DNA from: Candidatus Latescibacterota bacterium
GTDB taxonomy: Bacteria > Latescibacterota > UBA2968 > UBA8231
DNA: 64,000 nt
Direction: 5' to 3'
NCBI GenBank assembly: GCA_964291625.2
Contig: OZ220090.1
Coordinates: 192,001 to 256,000, forward strand
Both the position numbers and the translations under genes were made by a program. Shown one piece after another: positions 1 to 9,694 of the stretch (position 1 is the first letter of the stretch; each line of letters opens with the position of its first letter). The notes beneath the pieces are model-generated. The model did no database searches and had not been told where the DNA came from. It was given only the letters and a program-made list of their open reading frames with translations.

Positions 1-177
1 ACCGGCCGCGGCCAGGGAATCGGCGGCCCGGCCGGTGTGTCCGGCCGCCGCCACCCCGGGGTCCGAGACCAGCAGGACCGGTCCCGCCGTCAGCCGCGCG
101 GCCTCGGCGCCCAGCTCGGCGAGGCGGCCGGCCCCGAAGAGGACCCGGGGCCCGCCGTGGAGTTCGAAGGGCCGCAC
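1..177 (-). CDS. Iron-containing alcohol dehydrogenase, N-terminal part (runs off the window edge)
   Basis: Manual translation from GTG at 177: VRPFELHGGPRVLFGAGRLAELGAEAARLTAGPVLLVSDPGVAAAGH. This matches the Fe-ADH N-terminus (PxxxxFGxG...LLVSDxG). Not in the ORF track. Confidence 0.75.
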   Translation of the reverse strand, partial: MRPFELHGGPRVLFGAGRLAELGAEAARLTAGPVLLVSDPGVAAAGHTGRAADSLAAAG

Positions 178-182
178 GGAGG

Positions 183-1626
183 TCAGGCCCGCCGCCGGGC
201 GCGCCCCAGGGCCCGCCGCCGGTAGAGGTGCTCGAAGAGGTTCCCCTCGTGGGGCTGTTCCCAGGAGATCGCCGTCGTCGGCACCGGCCCGAGGTTCAGC
301 CGGTCGATGCCGGGGTGGTCCATGAGCCGGTCCTGCAGGGCGGCGTCCTCGGTCAGGGCGGTGGCCACGAGGGTGGGGCCGATCGCCCCGAGCATGGTCT
401 CCGCGGAGGTCTCCACGACGGCGGCGAAGGGGAAGAGGTACTCGGTGTTGGCCAGGGGGTGGGAGGGCTCCTCGCAGAGCACCACCGTGGGCCGCAGGAA
501 GGTGCAGCCGTCGACTTCGGCGAGGCGCTTGCCGCCGCGGACCTCGGCCGTCAGGTCACGGGCGCCGCCGCCGGCCAGGAGCCGGTCGATGAGGGCGGAG
601 ATCGCCCGGGCCGTCCGGGGTCTCGGGGAAGGCGGCCAGGGCGGCCTCGGGATCGTGCAGCGGCCGCGGCTCGACGCGCGCCAGGCGCTCGGCCAGGGCC
701 TGGCCGAGGTCGAGGCCGCCGGCGGTGGTCCAGACGCCCGAGGCGTTGAGGCAGGAACGGCCGCCGTTGTCGGCCACGGAGGCGGCCATCAGGTCGAGAT
801 GACCCCGCCAGTCGGTGACGTCCGGCCCGAGGAGGATCTTGCTGCGGCCGGCACCGTGGATCTCGACGCGGGGATCGCCGCGCCAGGGGTCGACGGTGTC
901 GTCGCCGCCGAAGAGCAGGGAGCGGCCGCACCTCACCAGGATCTCCACGGCGCCGTCGTGGTCCCCGGGGTAGAAGCCGAAGGCCTCGGGCGGACAGCCG
1001 GAGGCGGTGAAGGCGCGGGCCAGGCGCAGGGGCGTCCACGGCTCGCGGGCGCCGGGGCGCAGGGCCAAGGGGGTCTTCAGGGGGACGGCGGGCAGCCACA
1101 GGGTGTGGACCCCCGGCGAGTTGTTGGGCAGCACGGCGCCGAGGACGTCGGTCTGGCGCCGGTAGCTGATCGTGCGGCCCTTCTCCTCGCCCCAGCCGGC
1201 GTCGACGACGGCCAGGTCCAGGCCCCGGGTCAGGCCGTCGAGCACCTGTTCCATCGACTCCAGGACGCCGCAGATCTTGCCGGCGTTGCGGCGCCCGAGG
1301 CTCAGGGGCATGCCCGCCGTGGCCGCCAGGTGCGACAGGTAGTCCTCGAAGGACTGGTCCGTCCCGCCGTCCACCGGCAGCCGGTCCTGGCGGAAGCGCC
1401 GGGCCGCCTCCGCGCAGAGGGCCGCCAGCTCCCCGGCCGGCATCCGTTCCAGGGCCTCGCGGTGGGCCGCGGCCCCCGCCAGGTCGCGGGCGATGAGGCC
1501 GCCGTTGGCGAGGCTCACCTCGGCCACGGGATCGCCGGTCCGCACGTCGGTCAGGCGGCGCCGCCGGCGGCTGGCGTACTCCCGGCCGGCGCGCAGGACG
1601 GGGACGTGCACGAGGCCGCCGGCCAA
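183..1626 (-). pseudogene. Aldehyde dehydrogenase-fold protein (GriD/EhpG-like acyl reductase), split by one frameshift near 615
   Basis: ORF 556..1626 has ALDH motifs (VLPNNSP, LFGGDD, NGGRSCLNAS with the catalytic Cys). A frame change near 615 gives TARAISALIDRLL...TFLRPTVVLCEE, which joins ORF 183..485 (EYLFPF...WEQPHEGNLFEHLY). It may be a sequencing error. Confidence 0.75.
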
Positions 1627-1629
1627 GGG

Positions 1630-2715
1630 CTAGTAGACCCCCACGGTGACGCTCTCCTCCAGGGAGGCCAGCAGGCGCAGGTCCCGCACCCCGTCCCAGG
1701 GACAGCTCCCGGTCGGCGGGGCCCGCTCGGCCTCGTCCCGCTCGAGGAAGCGGGGCATGAAGAACTCGCGGGTCAGGGTGGTCAGCAGCACGCGCCCGGT
1801 CTCGCCGTAGTCGACGGGGCGCCCCGGGTCGGCGGGATCGACCAGCTCGATCACGGCCCGCGGCTGCGGCGCGTAGTAGGTGATGGCGTAGTCGTCGGCC
1901 GGGTCGAAGGGCTTGCACAGGGCCAGGCCCATCAGGGTGTTGCCGTAGGTCGGCACGAAGGCCGCCCCCGGCACCAGCTCCTCGCGGGCGAAGCGGTGGA
2001 ACTGGGCGTCCATCTCGGTGCCGCCGCAGAACACGCCCCGGATGCCCGCCTTCACCAGGTCGATCTTCTCGCACAGGGCCTCCAGCAGGCGCGGCGTGGC
2101 GAAGAGGCAGCGGATGGTGTCGTGGGCCCGCAGGATCTTCAGGGCCTGGTCGACGACATGGGCCTTGTACGCGGCCAGCTCCTGGTGGGCCTGCCGGCGG
2201 ATCAGGACGTTCACCCAGCGCGGGTCGAGGTCGACGAGGAAGCAGAGGCCGCCGCGCATCTGGGCCAGGTGCTCCACGGCCAGGCGCAGGCGCCGCGGCC
2301 CCGAGGGGCCCAGCATCAGCCAGTCCCCGCCCCGGGGGAATCCCTCCTCGGGCAGGCTCTCGGAGAAGGCGGCGTAGTCGACCTGGAAGTCGCGGATGTT
2401 GATGCGGCTCTTGGGCACGCCCGTGGAGCCGCCGGTCTCGAAGACGAAGACGGGCTCCTCGGCGAACGCCCGGGGGACCCAGCGGCGCACGGGGCCGCCG
2501 CGCAGCCACTCGTCCCGGAAGAGACCGAGGACCTCCAGGTCGCCGTAGCCGCCGATGCGGTCGCGGGGGTCGAAGCCCAGCTCCGCGGCGCGCTCGAGCC
2601 AGAAGGGGCAGCCCGTGGCCGGGTCGAAGTGCCAGGCCACGATCTCGCGCACGTGGGCGTCGAGGGCCTCGCGGGCGGCGCCCACGCGATCCGCCAGACC
2701 GCCGGACCAGGTCAC
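1630..2715 (-). CDS. EhpF/GriC-like truncated ANL-superfamily adenylating enzyme (PaaK/LuxE-like)
   Basis: 3' part of ORF 1630..4068. GTG at 2715 overlaps the upstream TGA. Motifs: WHFDPATGCPFWLER, FETGGSTGVPK (P-loop), PTYGNT, GRVLLTTL, FLERDE. Confidence 0.75.
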   Translation of the reverse strand: MTWSGGLADRVGAAREALDAHVREIVAWHFDPATGCPFWLERAAELGFDPRDRIGGYGDLEVLGLFRDEWLRGGPVRRWVPRAFAEEPVFVFETGGSTGVPKSRINIRDFQVDYAAFSESLPEEGFPRGGDWLMLGPSGPRRLRLAVEHLAQMRGGLCFLVDLDPRWVNVLIRRQAHQELAAYKAHVVDQALKILRAHDTIRCLFATPRLLEALCEKIDLVKAGIRGVFCGGTEMDAQFHRFAREELVPGAAFVPTYGNTLMGLALCKPFDPADDYAITYYAPQPRAVIELVDPADPGRPVDYGETGRVLLTTLTREFFMPRFLERDEAERAPPTGSCPWDGVRDLRLLASLEESVTVGVY

Positions 2716-4145
2716 GGCCGGGGCGAGCCCAGGGCGAAGAGGGTGTTGCGGGAGGCCACGTAGAGGATGCCGTCCTCGGCGGCCGGCGTGGTGTACACGG
2801 CGCTGCCCATGTTGATCTCGGCGAGCACCTCCAGCTCGGGACCGGCCCGGAAGATGGTCACGTCGCCGTCCTCGTCGCCGATATGGACCTTGCCGTCGGC
2901 CACGAAGGGGGAGCCCCAGATGGCGGCGAAGGTGTCGTAGGTCCACTTCTTCTCGCCGGTGCCGGCGTCGAGGCAGTAGACGAAGCCGCTGAGGTCGGCG
3001 ATGTAGAGCAGGCCGTCGTGGACGGCGGCGGTGGACATGGTGCGGTTGTACTCCTCGCCGCCCAGGTGCCAGACCGCGTGGGAGCCGGTCACGTCGCCGG
3101 TGCCGGTGCCGTCGATGCACCACAGGTTGCCCCGGCCCTCGCCGTGCTCCGGGTCCTGGCCGACGCCGAGGTAGACGCGGTCGCCGATGATGACCGGCGT
3201 CGAGATCAGGTTGTTGCGCGTGCCCCGGCCTCCCAGCTCCCAGACCGAGTCCTCGGGGTTGCAGTCGAACTTCCAGATCAACTCGCCGGTCTCCGGCTCG
3301 AAGGAGTAGAGCCAGCCGTCGCCGCCGGGAAACAGGACCTGCGGCCGGCCCCCCATGACGCCGATGGCCGGGTTCGACCACTGGCCGTGGAGGATCCCCA
3401 TGCCGGGGGAGGCGTCCTCCCAGACCAGCTCGCCGGTGGACTTGCGCAGGGCGATGAAGGAGGGGGCGAAGGGCGAGGGGATGTGCACGTGTCCCTCGTC
3501 GACGCCGTTGGAGGTGACCACGAAGAGCAGGTCGTCGAGGCCGACGGGGGAGCAGGTGGCCAGGTTGTGGGGGAAGACGTCGAGCTCCTCGATCATGTCG
3601 AAGGACCAGACGAGGTCGGCGTCGGCCAGGCCGGTGGAGGCCTCGCCGGTGAGGGGGCCGTCGTTCTCGCCGTCGGCGAAGCCCTCGGTGTCGACGCAGA
3701 CCACCTGGGCCTGGTTGGAGATGTAGTAGAGGCGGTCGCCGTCGACGTAGGGGGTGGAGCAGATGCCCTGCTGGGGCCAGTCGTTGACGCGGCCGGCGGG
3801 CAGCTTGGTGTGGGTCGACTGCCACAGGAAGGCGCCCCCGGGCCGGGCGAAGGCCATGAGCACGCCGCGGTCGCCGGTGAGCCGGGGGTCGCGCAGGCCC
3901 TGGTTGTTGGTGCCCACGAAGAGCTTGTCGCCCGCCAGCAGGGGCCCGGCGTAGGTCTGGGAGCCGAGGGGGGCGGACCAGAGCACGCCCTCGCCGGTGG
4001 CCACGTCCCACTCGACCGGCAGGTCGACCGCCTCGGAGACCATGTTGCGGGCCCGGGTGTGCCCCCACATCGCCTCCTGGGCGCCGGCGGGAAGGGCGGC
4101 GGCGAGGGCCGCCGCCAGAAGCAGGAGGAATTCTGGTCTATTCAT
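2712..4145 (-). CDS. Exported PQQ-like beta-propeller repeat protein
   Basis: Signal peptide (FLLLLAAALAAALPAGA). Repeated CLDAxTGxxxW and SP-xx-DGK motifs. Confidence 0.85.
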   Translation of the reverse strand: MNRPEFLLLLAAALAAALPAGAQEAMWGHTRARNMVSEAVDLPVEWDVATGEGVLWSAPLGSQTYAGPLLAGDKLFVGTNNQGLRDPRLTGDRGVLMAFARPGGAFLWQSTHTKLPAGRVNDWPQQGICSTPYVDGDRLYYISNQAQVVCVDTEGFADGENDGPLTGEASTGLADADLVWSFDMIEELDVFPHNLATCSPVGLDDLLFVVTSNGVDEGHVHIPSPFAPSFIALRKSTGELVWEDASPGMGILHGQWSNPAIGVMGGRPQVLFPGGDGWLYSFEPETGELIWKFDCNPEDSVWELGGRGTRNNLISTPVIIGDRVYLGVGQDPEHGEGRGNLWCIDGTGTGDVTGSHAVWHLGGEEYNRTMSTAAVHDGLLYIADLSGFVYCLDAGTGEKKWTYDTFAAIWGSPFVADGKVHIGDEDGDVTIFRAGPELEVLAEINMGSAVYTTPAAEDGILYVASRNTLFALGSPRP

Positions 4146-6342
4146 CGATCCTCAGCACCACGTCGTCGTAGTAGATCTCGGCGGCCGAGTGCCCGTAGAG
4201 CCCCGGGGCGCCCTGGCGGTTCGGCAGCGGGTCGGGGGCCTCGATCGTCCAGGCGGAGGGCTCCGGGTCCCCCCGGCGCCAGACCTTGCCCCGCACCACG
4301 GCCCCCTCCGGCTCCAGGTCGACCCGCATCTTCATGGTGTACCAGACGCCGCTCTCCCACTCGAAGGGGACGCTGGCGGCCATGCGCAGATCCGAGGCCC
4401 AGGAGCGGACCTGGAGCTGCTGGTGGTTGCCCATCAGGTCGAGGGTGTAGCGCTGGGCGATGAGGCCCATGTCCGGGAGGTTGCGCCGGTGCCGGTCGCC
4501 CATCATCGACGCCTGGATGGTGTAGCCGCTCAGGTCCGCCGGCCCGAGGTAGACGTTGGAGCGCTGCAGGCCGCGGCGGGCGAACGGCTTGTGGAGCAGG
4601 TCCTCGCCCTTCACCCGGCGCAGGAGGAACTTGCCGCCCGCCGAGCCGATCCAGTGCCCGGGGACCGGCCGGTCGTCCTCCTCGACGGCGCCGGCGGCCC
4701 CGAAGTCGAGGCTCCACGAGCCCCGCGTCAGCACGCGCACCCGGGCGCCGGCCGTGAAGCCGCCGGCGCGGAGGGTGACCGCGCCCCCGTGGTCGGGACC
4801 GGGATCCGCCGTGAACACGCCGTCCCGGAGGCGGCCGGCCAGACCCTCCGTCGACCAGTCTCCCGCCTCGACGGCGCCGGTGACCCGCCCCATGGCGTCG
4901 ACGAGGCGCGCCTCGAAGCGCACGGAGCCGCCCGGCTCGACGGTGGTCTCGGCGGGAACCAGCTGCAGGCCCACGGCCTCGCCGGGGGGGCCTTCCGCCG
5001 CCGGTGGCGCCGGCCGCGCCTTCTCCTCCCCGGCCGCGGGTCCGCCGCCGAGGCAGTACAGGCCCTCGTCGGTGGTGAAGTAGACGCGGCCGCCGGCCAC
5101 GGCGGGGGAGCCGAAGATCTCCGCCGGACCGCCGTCGGGCGCCAGGACCTGGTCGCTGTCGAGCAGCTCGCCGTCGGTCTGCCCCGGGCGAAGGATGTGG
5201 AAGCGCCCGTTGACGGTAGTTGCGTAGAGCTTGCCGTCGGCAACCACCGGGGAGCCCCGGCCCACGGTGCCGAGATTGCGGTGCCAGAGCCGCCGCCCGC
5301 TGCCGGCGTCGAGGGCGTGCAGGTTCCCGGAGTTGTCGATCGCGTAGAGGACGCCGCCGGACAGGGCCGGCGAGGCGTACCCGCACAGGGCGTCGTGGCG
5401 CCACAGCTCGTGGGTGGCGGTCACGTCCCCCCGGCCGCGCCCGTCGATGCAGACGACGCGCCCCATGGTGTTGCCGTCGACGTTCTCCTCGCCGTGGCTG
5501 GCGTAGACGCGGTCGCCGCCGACCACCACGGCGGCGTTGAGGCCGCGGCGGCTCAGCCGGAACCCCCAGAGCTTCTCGCCCGTGGCCAGGCGCATGGCGT
5601 AGACCGAGCCGTCGGCGTTGCCGGCGACGACCAGCCGCTCGCCGCCGATCTCGGCGACCACGGGGGTCGAGTAGGTCGTGTCGAGGGGCCGCCCGCCCGG
5701 GGCCGAGACCCACACGACCTCGCCCGTCTCCCCGTCGAAGGCGAAGTAGCGGTCGCGGGGCACGCCGTGGGCGCCCCAGCCGCTGCTGAGGAAGTTGACG
5801 ATCACCAGGCCGCCGGCGACGACGGGGGTCTGCACGCGGCCGCCGTACCCCGAGATGCGGCCGAACTCCTCGGTGAGGGAGCGCTCCCACAGCAGCTCGC
5901 CGCCGCGGCTGTAGCAGCGCAGCAGCCCCTGGACCCCGTGGACGTAGATGCGCCCCGTCCGCGGATCGGCCGCCGGGCTGGCCCAGCCGACGCGGTTGAA
6001 GGGGATCGTCGTGTGGAAGACGTTGAAGCGGTCCTCCCAGAGCAGCTCGCCGGTGGCCGCGTCGAAGGCGGCGACCCGCTCCTGCTCGGTGACGTCGAGG
6101 CCGGCGCGGCCCGTGACGAAGACGCGGCCGTCGAGCACGACGGGGGTGGAGCGGCCGGTGAAGTCCGCCTTCCAGGCCTGGCCGGGGCCGCCCGGCGTCC
6201 AGGACTCGACGAGGCCGGTCTCCGGGGCGCTGCCGTTCTGGAAGGGTCCCCGCCAGGCGGGCCAGTCGCTCCACCCGGGGGCGGCCGGCAGGAGGGGGCC
6301 GAGGGCGGCGAGGAGCAGGATATGCAGGAGGGCGGGTCTCAC
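4138..6342 (-). CDS. Exported PQQ-like beta-propeller protein with extra C-terminal beta-sandwich domain(s)
   Basis: Signal peptide, DWPAWRGP, many AFDAxTGELLW repeats. C-terminal lectin-like region (WYTMKMRV...VRGKVW). Confidence 0.85.
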   Translation of the reverse strand: MRPALLHILLLAALGPLLPAAPGWSDWPAWRGPFQNGSAPETGLVESWTPGGPGQAWKADFTGRSTPVVLDGRVFVTGRAGLDVTEQERVAAFDAATGELLWEDRFNVFHTTIPFNRVGWASPAADPRTGRIYVHGVQGLLRCYSRGGELLWERSLTEEFGRISGYGGRVQTPVVAGGLVIVNFLSSGWGAHGVPRDRYFAFDGETGEVVWVSAPGGRPLDTTYSTPVVAEIGGERLVVAGNADGSVYAMRLATGEKLWGFRLSRRGLNAAVVVGGDRVYASHGEENVDGNTMGRVVCIDGRGRGDVTATHELWRHDALCGYASPALSGGVLYAIDNSGNLHALDAGSGRRLWHRNLGTVGRGSPVVADGKLYATTVNGRFHILRPGQTDGELLDSDQVLAPDGGPAEIFGSPAVAGGRVYFTTDEGLYCLGGGPAAGEEKARPAPPAAEGPPGEAVGLQLVPAETTVEPGGSVRFEARLVDAMGRVTGAVEAGDWSTEGLAGRLRDGVFTADPGPDHGGAVTLRAGGFTAGARVRVLTRGSWSLDFGAAGAVEEDDRPVPGHWIGSAGGKFLLRRVKGEDLLHKPFARRGLQRSNVYLGPADLSGYTIQASMMGDRHRRNLPDMGLIAQRYTLDLMGNHQQLQVRSWASDLRMAASVPFEWESGVWYTMKMRVDLEPEGAVVRGKVWRRGDPEPSAWTIEAPDPLPNRQGAPGLYGHSAAEIYYDDVVLRIDE

Positions 6343-6489
6343 GGGGCGGGAAGGTACTCGTGGCGGCGGGTGATGTCAGGTTGCGGGGGTGGCGGTTCGC
6401 GGTGTCTCATGCCGCCAAAGCGTCATCCTGATCGCTCGATGGCACCACACGTTCGTTCGCCGACTCGGCAGCGTAGAGCAGGGCCGCCT

Positions 6490-6745
6490 GCACCGCCCCT
6501 CTCCACCTACCAGACCCGGGAGCAGCGCCATCCCGCTGGGCGGCAAGTGCGCGGGATTGGTGGATCGCTGCAAAGATTCTGCGAACCCATGGCTGAACCA
6601 GGAGAGTGTAGGCACCCGCCAATTCTCGACTGGGCAGGGGAATCTCGTATGAAGCCATATCCGCCCAATTGGTGCGCGGCATTTTCGTCCCGTAGATGCA
6701 GAGTCCGAGCAATCGACGAATTCTGAGCTGGAGAAATAGCCCATG
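6490..6745 (-). pseudogene. hsdS: C-terminal remnant of type I R-M specificity subunit HsdS
   Basis: Three frames join to GYFSSSEFVD..AST/GTKMPRTNWADMASYEIPLP...IHQSRALAAQRD/ALLPGLVGGE. This resembles the HsdS terminal helix (LAxLRDxLLPKLxSGE). Confidence 0.6.
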
Positions 6746-6747
6746 GG

Positions 6748-7097
6748 CTACACACCCTCGGGGGAGTTCTCAGTTTCCTCCGCGTCCTCAAAGGGATTGA
6801 GGACACGGACCCCCGTCGGCTCGAAGTGGCGCACGTTGCGTGTGACCACGCAAAGGCCGTGGACAAGGGCCGTGGCTGCGATGAGCAGGTCAACCCGGTC
6901 CGCGAAAGAGGCGGTCGTCTGTTCCATCCAGGCGGCGAGATGGCGCGCAAACTCAGGGTCATGCCGTCTCTGCTGCGACACACGACGCTGATGAAGACGT
7001 CGGCAGGCCGCTGAGTTTGAAGCCACTTGGTCGGAGCCGGATGGCGGTCGGGTCTGCGCAAGACAGACACCACATCGGTGTCGAGGAGGTACATCAC
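6748..7097 (-). pseudogene. vapC: VapC/FitB PIN-domain toxin, frameshifted and with internal deletions
   Basis: MYLLDTDVVS...VFISVV, then a frame change near 6985 to ...DLLIAATALVHGLCVVTRNVRHFEPTGVRVLNPF. The conserved TxxE helix is missing. Confidence 0.8.
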
Positions 7098-7354
7098 GAC
7101 TCCAGCGAACGCGGAGACAGCGGGATCCGCTCAAACTCGAAGTCATCGCCGCCGTCTGGGATGGCCAGCAGGTGTTCGATGAAGGACGGGACGTTCTCCG
7201 GCGGCTGTTTGCGCAGCCTCTCGTACTCCTTCACCGACAGCACAACGACGGCGGGTTTGCCGCGCCGGGTCACCTGTTGCGGTTCCCCCGCAAGGGCGGC
7301 GTCCACCACGGCGCTGAAGCGGTTCTTGGCGTCTTGGAGAGCCCATTGGGTCAT
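7094..7354 (-). CDS. Phd/YefM family antitoxin
   Basis: MTQWALQDAKNRFSAVVDAALAGEPQQVTRRGKPAVVVLS. GGAG RBS. Stop overlaps the vapC start. Confidence 0.9.
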   Translation of the reverse strand: MTQWALQDAKNRFSAVVDAALAGEPQQVTRRGKPAVVVLSVKEYERLRKQPPENVPSFIEHLLAIPDGGDDFEFERIPLSPRSLES

Positions 7355-7455
7355 TGATTCCACTCCTGGCTTGGATTGGCTGAATGTATTATCGATGCCA
7401 ACTGCCCGGCATGGAGCACTGGTTGGCCTCCACAAAGAGTACACCCGGTGCTTGG

Positions 7456-7749
7456 CTACACATCCGTGCCGGGGGCCCTGGCCTGGATCAGATTCATGCG
7501 GCACTGTTCCCAACGAGCCAATCCCCGTCCCCAGTACCGCCCGAGCTGGAGAAGTCGCTCGGCTTCCAGCTGCGCGTAGGCCTCCTTGAAGGCGTCGGAG
7601 ATGATCAGGCCGAGGACGACATGCTTGTACTCGGCTGCGTCCATGCTGCCCCGCAGGGCGTCGGCCATCCGCCACAGGTCGGACCTGTAGCCCGTGATGA
7701 CGTCCGAATCGGGCCCCTTGCCGGCCCTTCGCCGTCCTGCCGTCGTCAT
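7456..7749 (-). pseudogene. hsdM: N-terminal remnant of type I R-M methyltransferase HsdM
   Basis: LWRMADALRGSMDAAEYKHVVLGLI(del FLKY)ISDAF matches HsdM_N. Truncated after about 65 aa. Confidence 0.8.
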
Positions 7750-7878
7750 CGGGTTGTTGGAGAATACATGGGTTCAGGATGCTATGGTGCTATCTTTATG
7801 CAGGAATATGCTGCTGGAGATATGCCGACACCAACAGGGAATTCCGTGCCGCGCCGCGGAAAACCGGGAGAGTGACCC

Positions 7879-9201
7879 ATGCGAATCCTGATCCCCTCCA
7901 TCCTGCTGGCCGCCGCCGCCGCCGCGGACAACTGGCCCCAGTGGCGCGGCCCCCACCAGAACGGGGTCAGCGCCGCCACCGGTCTGCCCTCGCAGTGGAG
8001 CGCCTCCGAGGGCGTCCTGTGGAAGGCCCCGCTGCCCTCCTGGAGCGGCGGCACCCCCATCGTCTGGGGCGACCGCGTCTTCGTCACCTCGCCTTCGGCG
8101 CCGGAGGCCGGGGCCGCCGAAGGCCAGGGGGAGGGCCGCCGGCGCAAGCGCGATCCGGGCGGCGACGACCTGCTGCTGCTGTGCCTGTCGCGCACCGACG
8201 GCAAGGAGCTGTGGCGCGCCGTCCTCGCCGAGGGCAACCGGACCTGGAACAAGCACAACAACACCTCGCCGTCGCCGGTCACCGACGGGAATCACGTCTG
8301 GGCGGTGACCGGCACCGGCGTGGTCGCCGCCTTCACCATGGAGGGCGAGCCGGTCTGGCGGCGGGACCTGCAGGCGGAGTTCGGGGCGTTCGGCCTCATG
8401 TGGGGCTACGCCTCGTCGCCGGCCCTGCACGGCGGCCGCCTGATCGTGGAGGTCCTGCACGGGATGCACACCGACGATCCGTCGTACCTCGCCGCCTTCG
8501 ACGCCGCCTCCGGCGAGCTGGCCTGGCGGGTCGAGCGGCCCACGGACGCGCCTGACGAGTCGCCGGACGCGTACACGACCCCGGCCGTGCTGAGCACGGG
8601 GGCCGGCGAGCAGATCGTCGTCTCCGGGGGCGACTACCTCACCGGCCACGACCCGGCCTCGGGCCGGGAGCTGTGGCGCGTCGGCGGCCTCAACCCGGGC
8701 CGGGAGGGCAACTACCGCATCGTCGGGTCGCCGATCGCCGTGGGCGGCATGGTCTACGCCCAGAGCCGCCGCAAGCCGCTGCTCGCCTTCCGGATCGGCG
8801 AGGGGGGCCGCGTCGGCCAGGACGACCTGGCCTGGCGCTGGGAGGGGGCCGGAGCCCCCGACGTGCCCACCGCCGCCTGCGACGGCACCCATTTCTACAT
8901 GGTCGACGACCGCGGCCTGGCGACCGCCCTCGACGCGCGCACCGGCCGGGTCGTGTGGGGGCCGGAGCGCACCGCCCAGGGCCGCGTCAGCGCTTCGCCG
9001 GTGGTGGCCGACGGCAAGCTCTACGTGCTCAACGAGGACGGCGTCACCACGGTGCTGGCCGCCGGCGCCGAGTACGGACACCTGGCCACCAACCCCCTCG
9101 ACGGGTCCTTCACCCTGTCCTCGCCGGCGGTGGCGGGCTCGCAGCTGTTCATCCGCACCGCCGCGCACCTGTACTGTATCGACGGGTCCGGAGGGGGCTG
9201 A
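7879..9201 (+). CDS. Exported PQQ-like beta-propeller repeat protein
   Basis: Signal peptide, DNWPQWRGP, propeller repeats, terminal SSPAVAGSQLFIRT. Confidence 0.85.
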   Translation: MRILIPSILLAAAAAADNWPQWRGPHQNGVSAATGLPSQWSASEGVLWKAPLPSWSGGTPIVWGDRVFVTSPSAPEAGAAEGQGEGRRRKRDPGGDDLLLLCLSRTDGKELWRAVLAEGNRTWNKHNNTSPSPVTDGNHVWAVTGTGVVAAFTMEGEPVWRRDLQAEFGAFGLMWGYASSPALHGGRLIVEVLHGMHTDDPSYLAAFDAASGELAWRVERPTDAPDESPDAYTTPAVLSTGAGEQIVVSGGDYLTGHDPASGRELWRVGGLNPGREGNYRIVGSPIAVGGMVYAQSRRKPLLAFRIGEGGRVGQDDLAWRWEGAGAPDVPTAACDGTHFYMVDDRGLATALDARTGRVVWGPERTAQGRVSASPVVADGKLYVLNEDGVTTVLAAGAEYGHLATNPLDGSFTLSSPAVAGSQLFIRTAAHLYCIDGSGGG

Positions 9202-9343
9202 GGCGCCTCGGCACCTTGGTGAGACCGGCGCCGGCCCCTATATTCGAAGGCTCCGCGAGCCGCCGCGCTTCCAGGCGGCCGCCAGCCGCCGCCCTGCTTT
9301 TTCTGCCGTCCCGTCGGCTCCGCCGGGCGGCGGAAAGGACTCC

Positions 9344-9607
9344 ATGAGACTCGCCGTCGACAACCTGGCCAGCAACGCCACCGAGGACGACCTGCGCACG
9401 CTCTTCGAGATCTTCGGCAAGGTCTCCGCCGTGGAGATCCAGAGGGACCGGGGCCGGGGCCTCGTGGACATGCCGAGCAAGTCGGCCGCCAAGGAGGCGA
9501 TCACGAACCTCGACGGCCAGGAGCTTCTGGGGCATTCGCTCGGCATCAGCGAGTTTCAGCCGGGGAAGCGTCCCTTCCGTCCCAAGCGCCGTCGGCGGCG
9601 GCGCTAA
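9344..9607 (+). CDS. RRM (RNP-1) RNA-binding protein with basic tail
   Basis: RLAVDNL...TEDDLRTLFEIFGKVSAVEI...AKEAITNLDG. Arg-rich C-terminus. Confidence 0.8.
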   Translation: MRLAVDNLASNATEDDLRTLFEIFGKVSAVEIQRDRGRGLVDMPSKSAAKEAITNLDGQELLGHSLGISEFQPGKRPFRPKRRRRRR

Positions 9608-9694
9608 GACCGCCTCGACCCTCCCGCGCGGGCCTTCTCCCGGTCCGGCGCCGGGGCCGCCTTCCGGTCCGATCTTCCACCTCGAGGAGAGGGA

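Noticed and set aside
2712-9201. PQQ-dependent dehydrogenases or BamB
   Set aside because: Only generic propeller repeats are visible. There are no quinoprotein catalytic signatures, lipobox or bam/pqq context.
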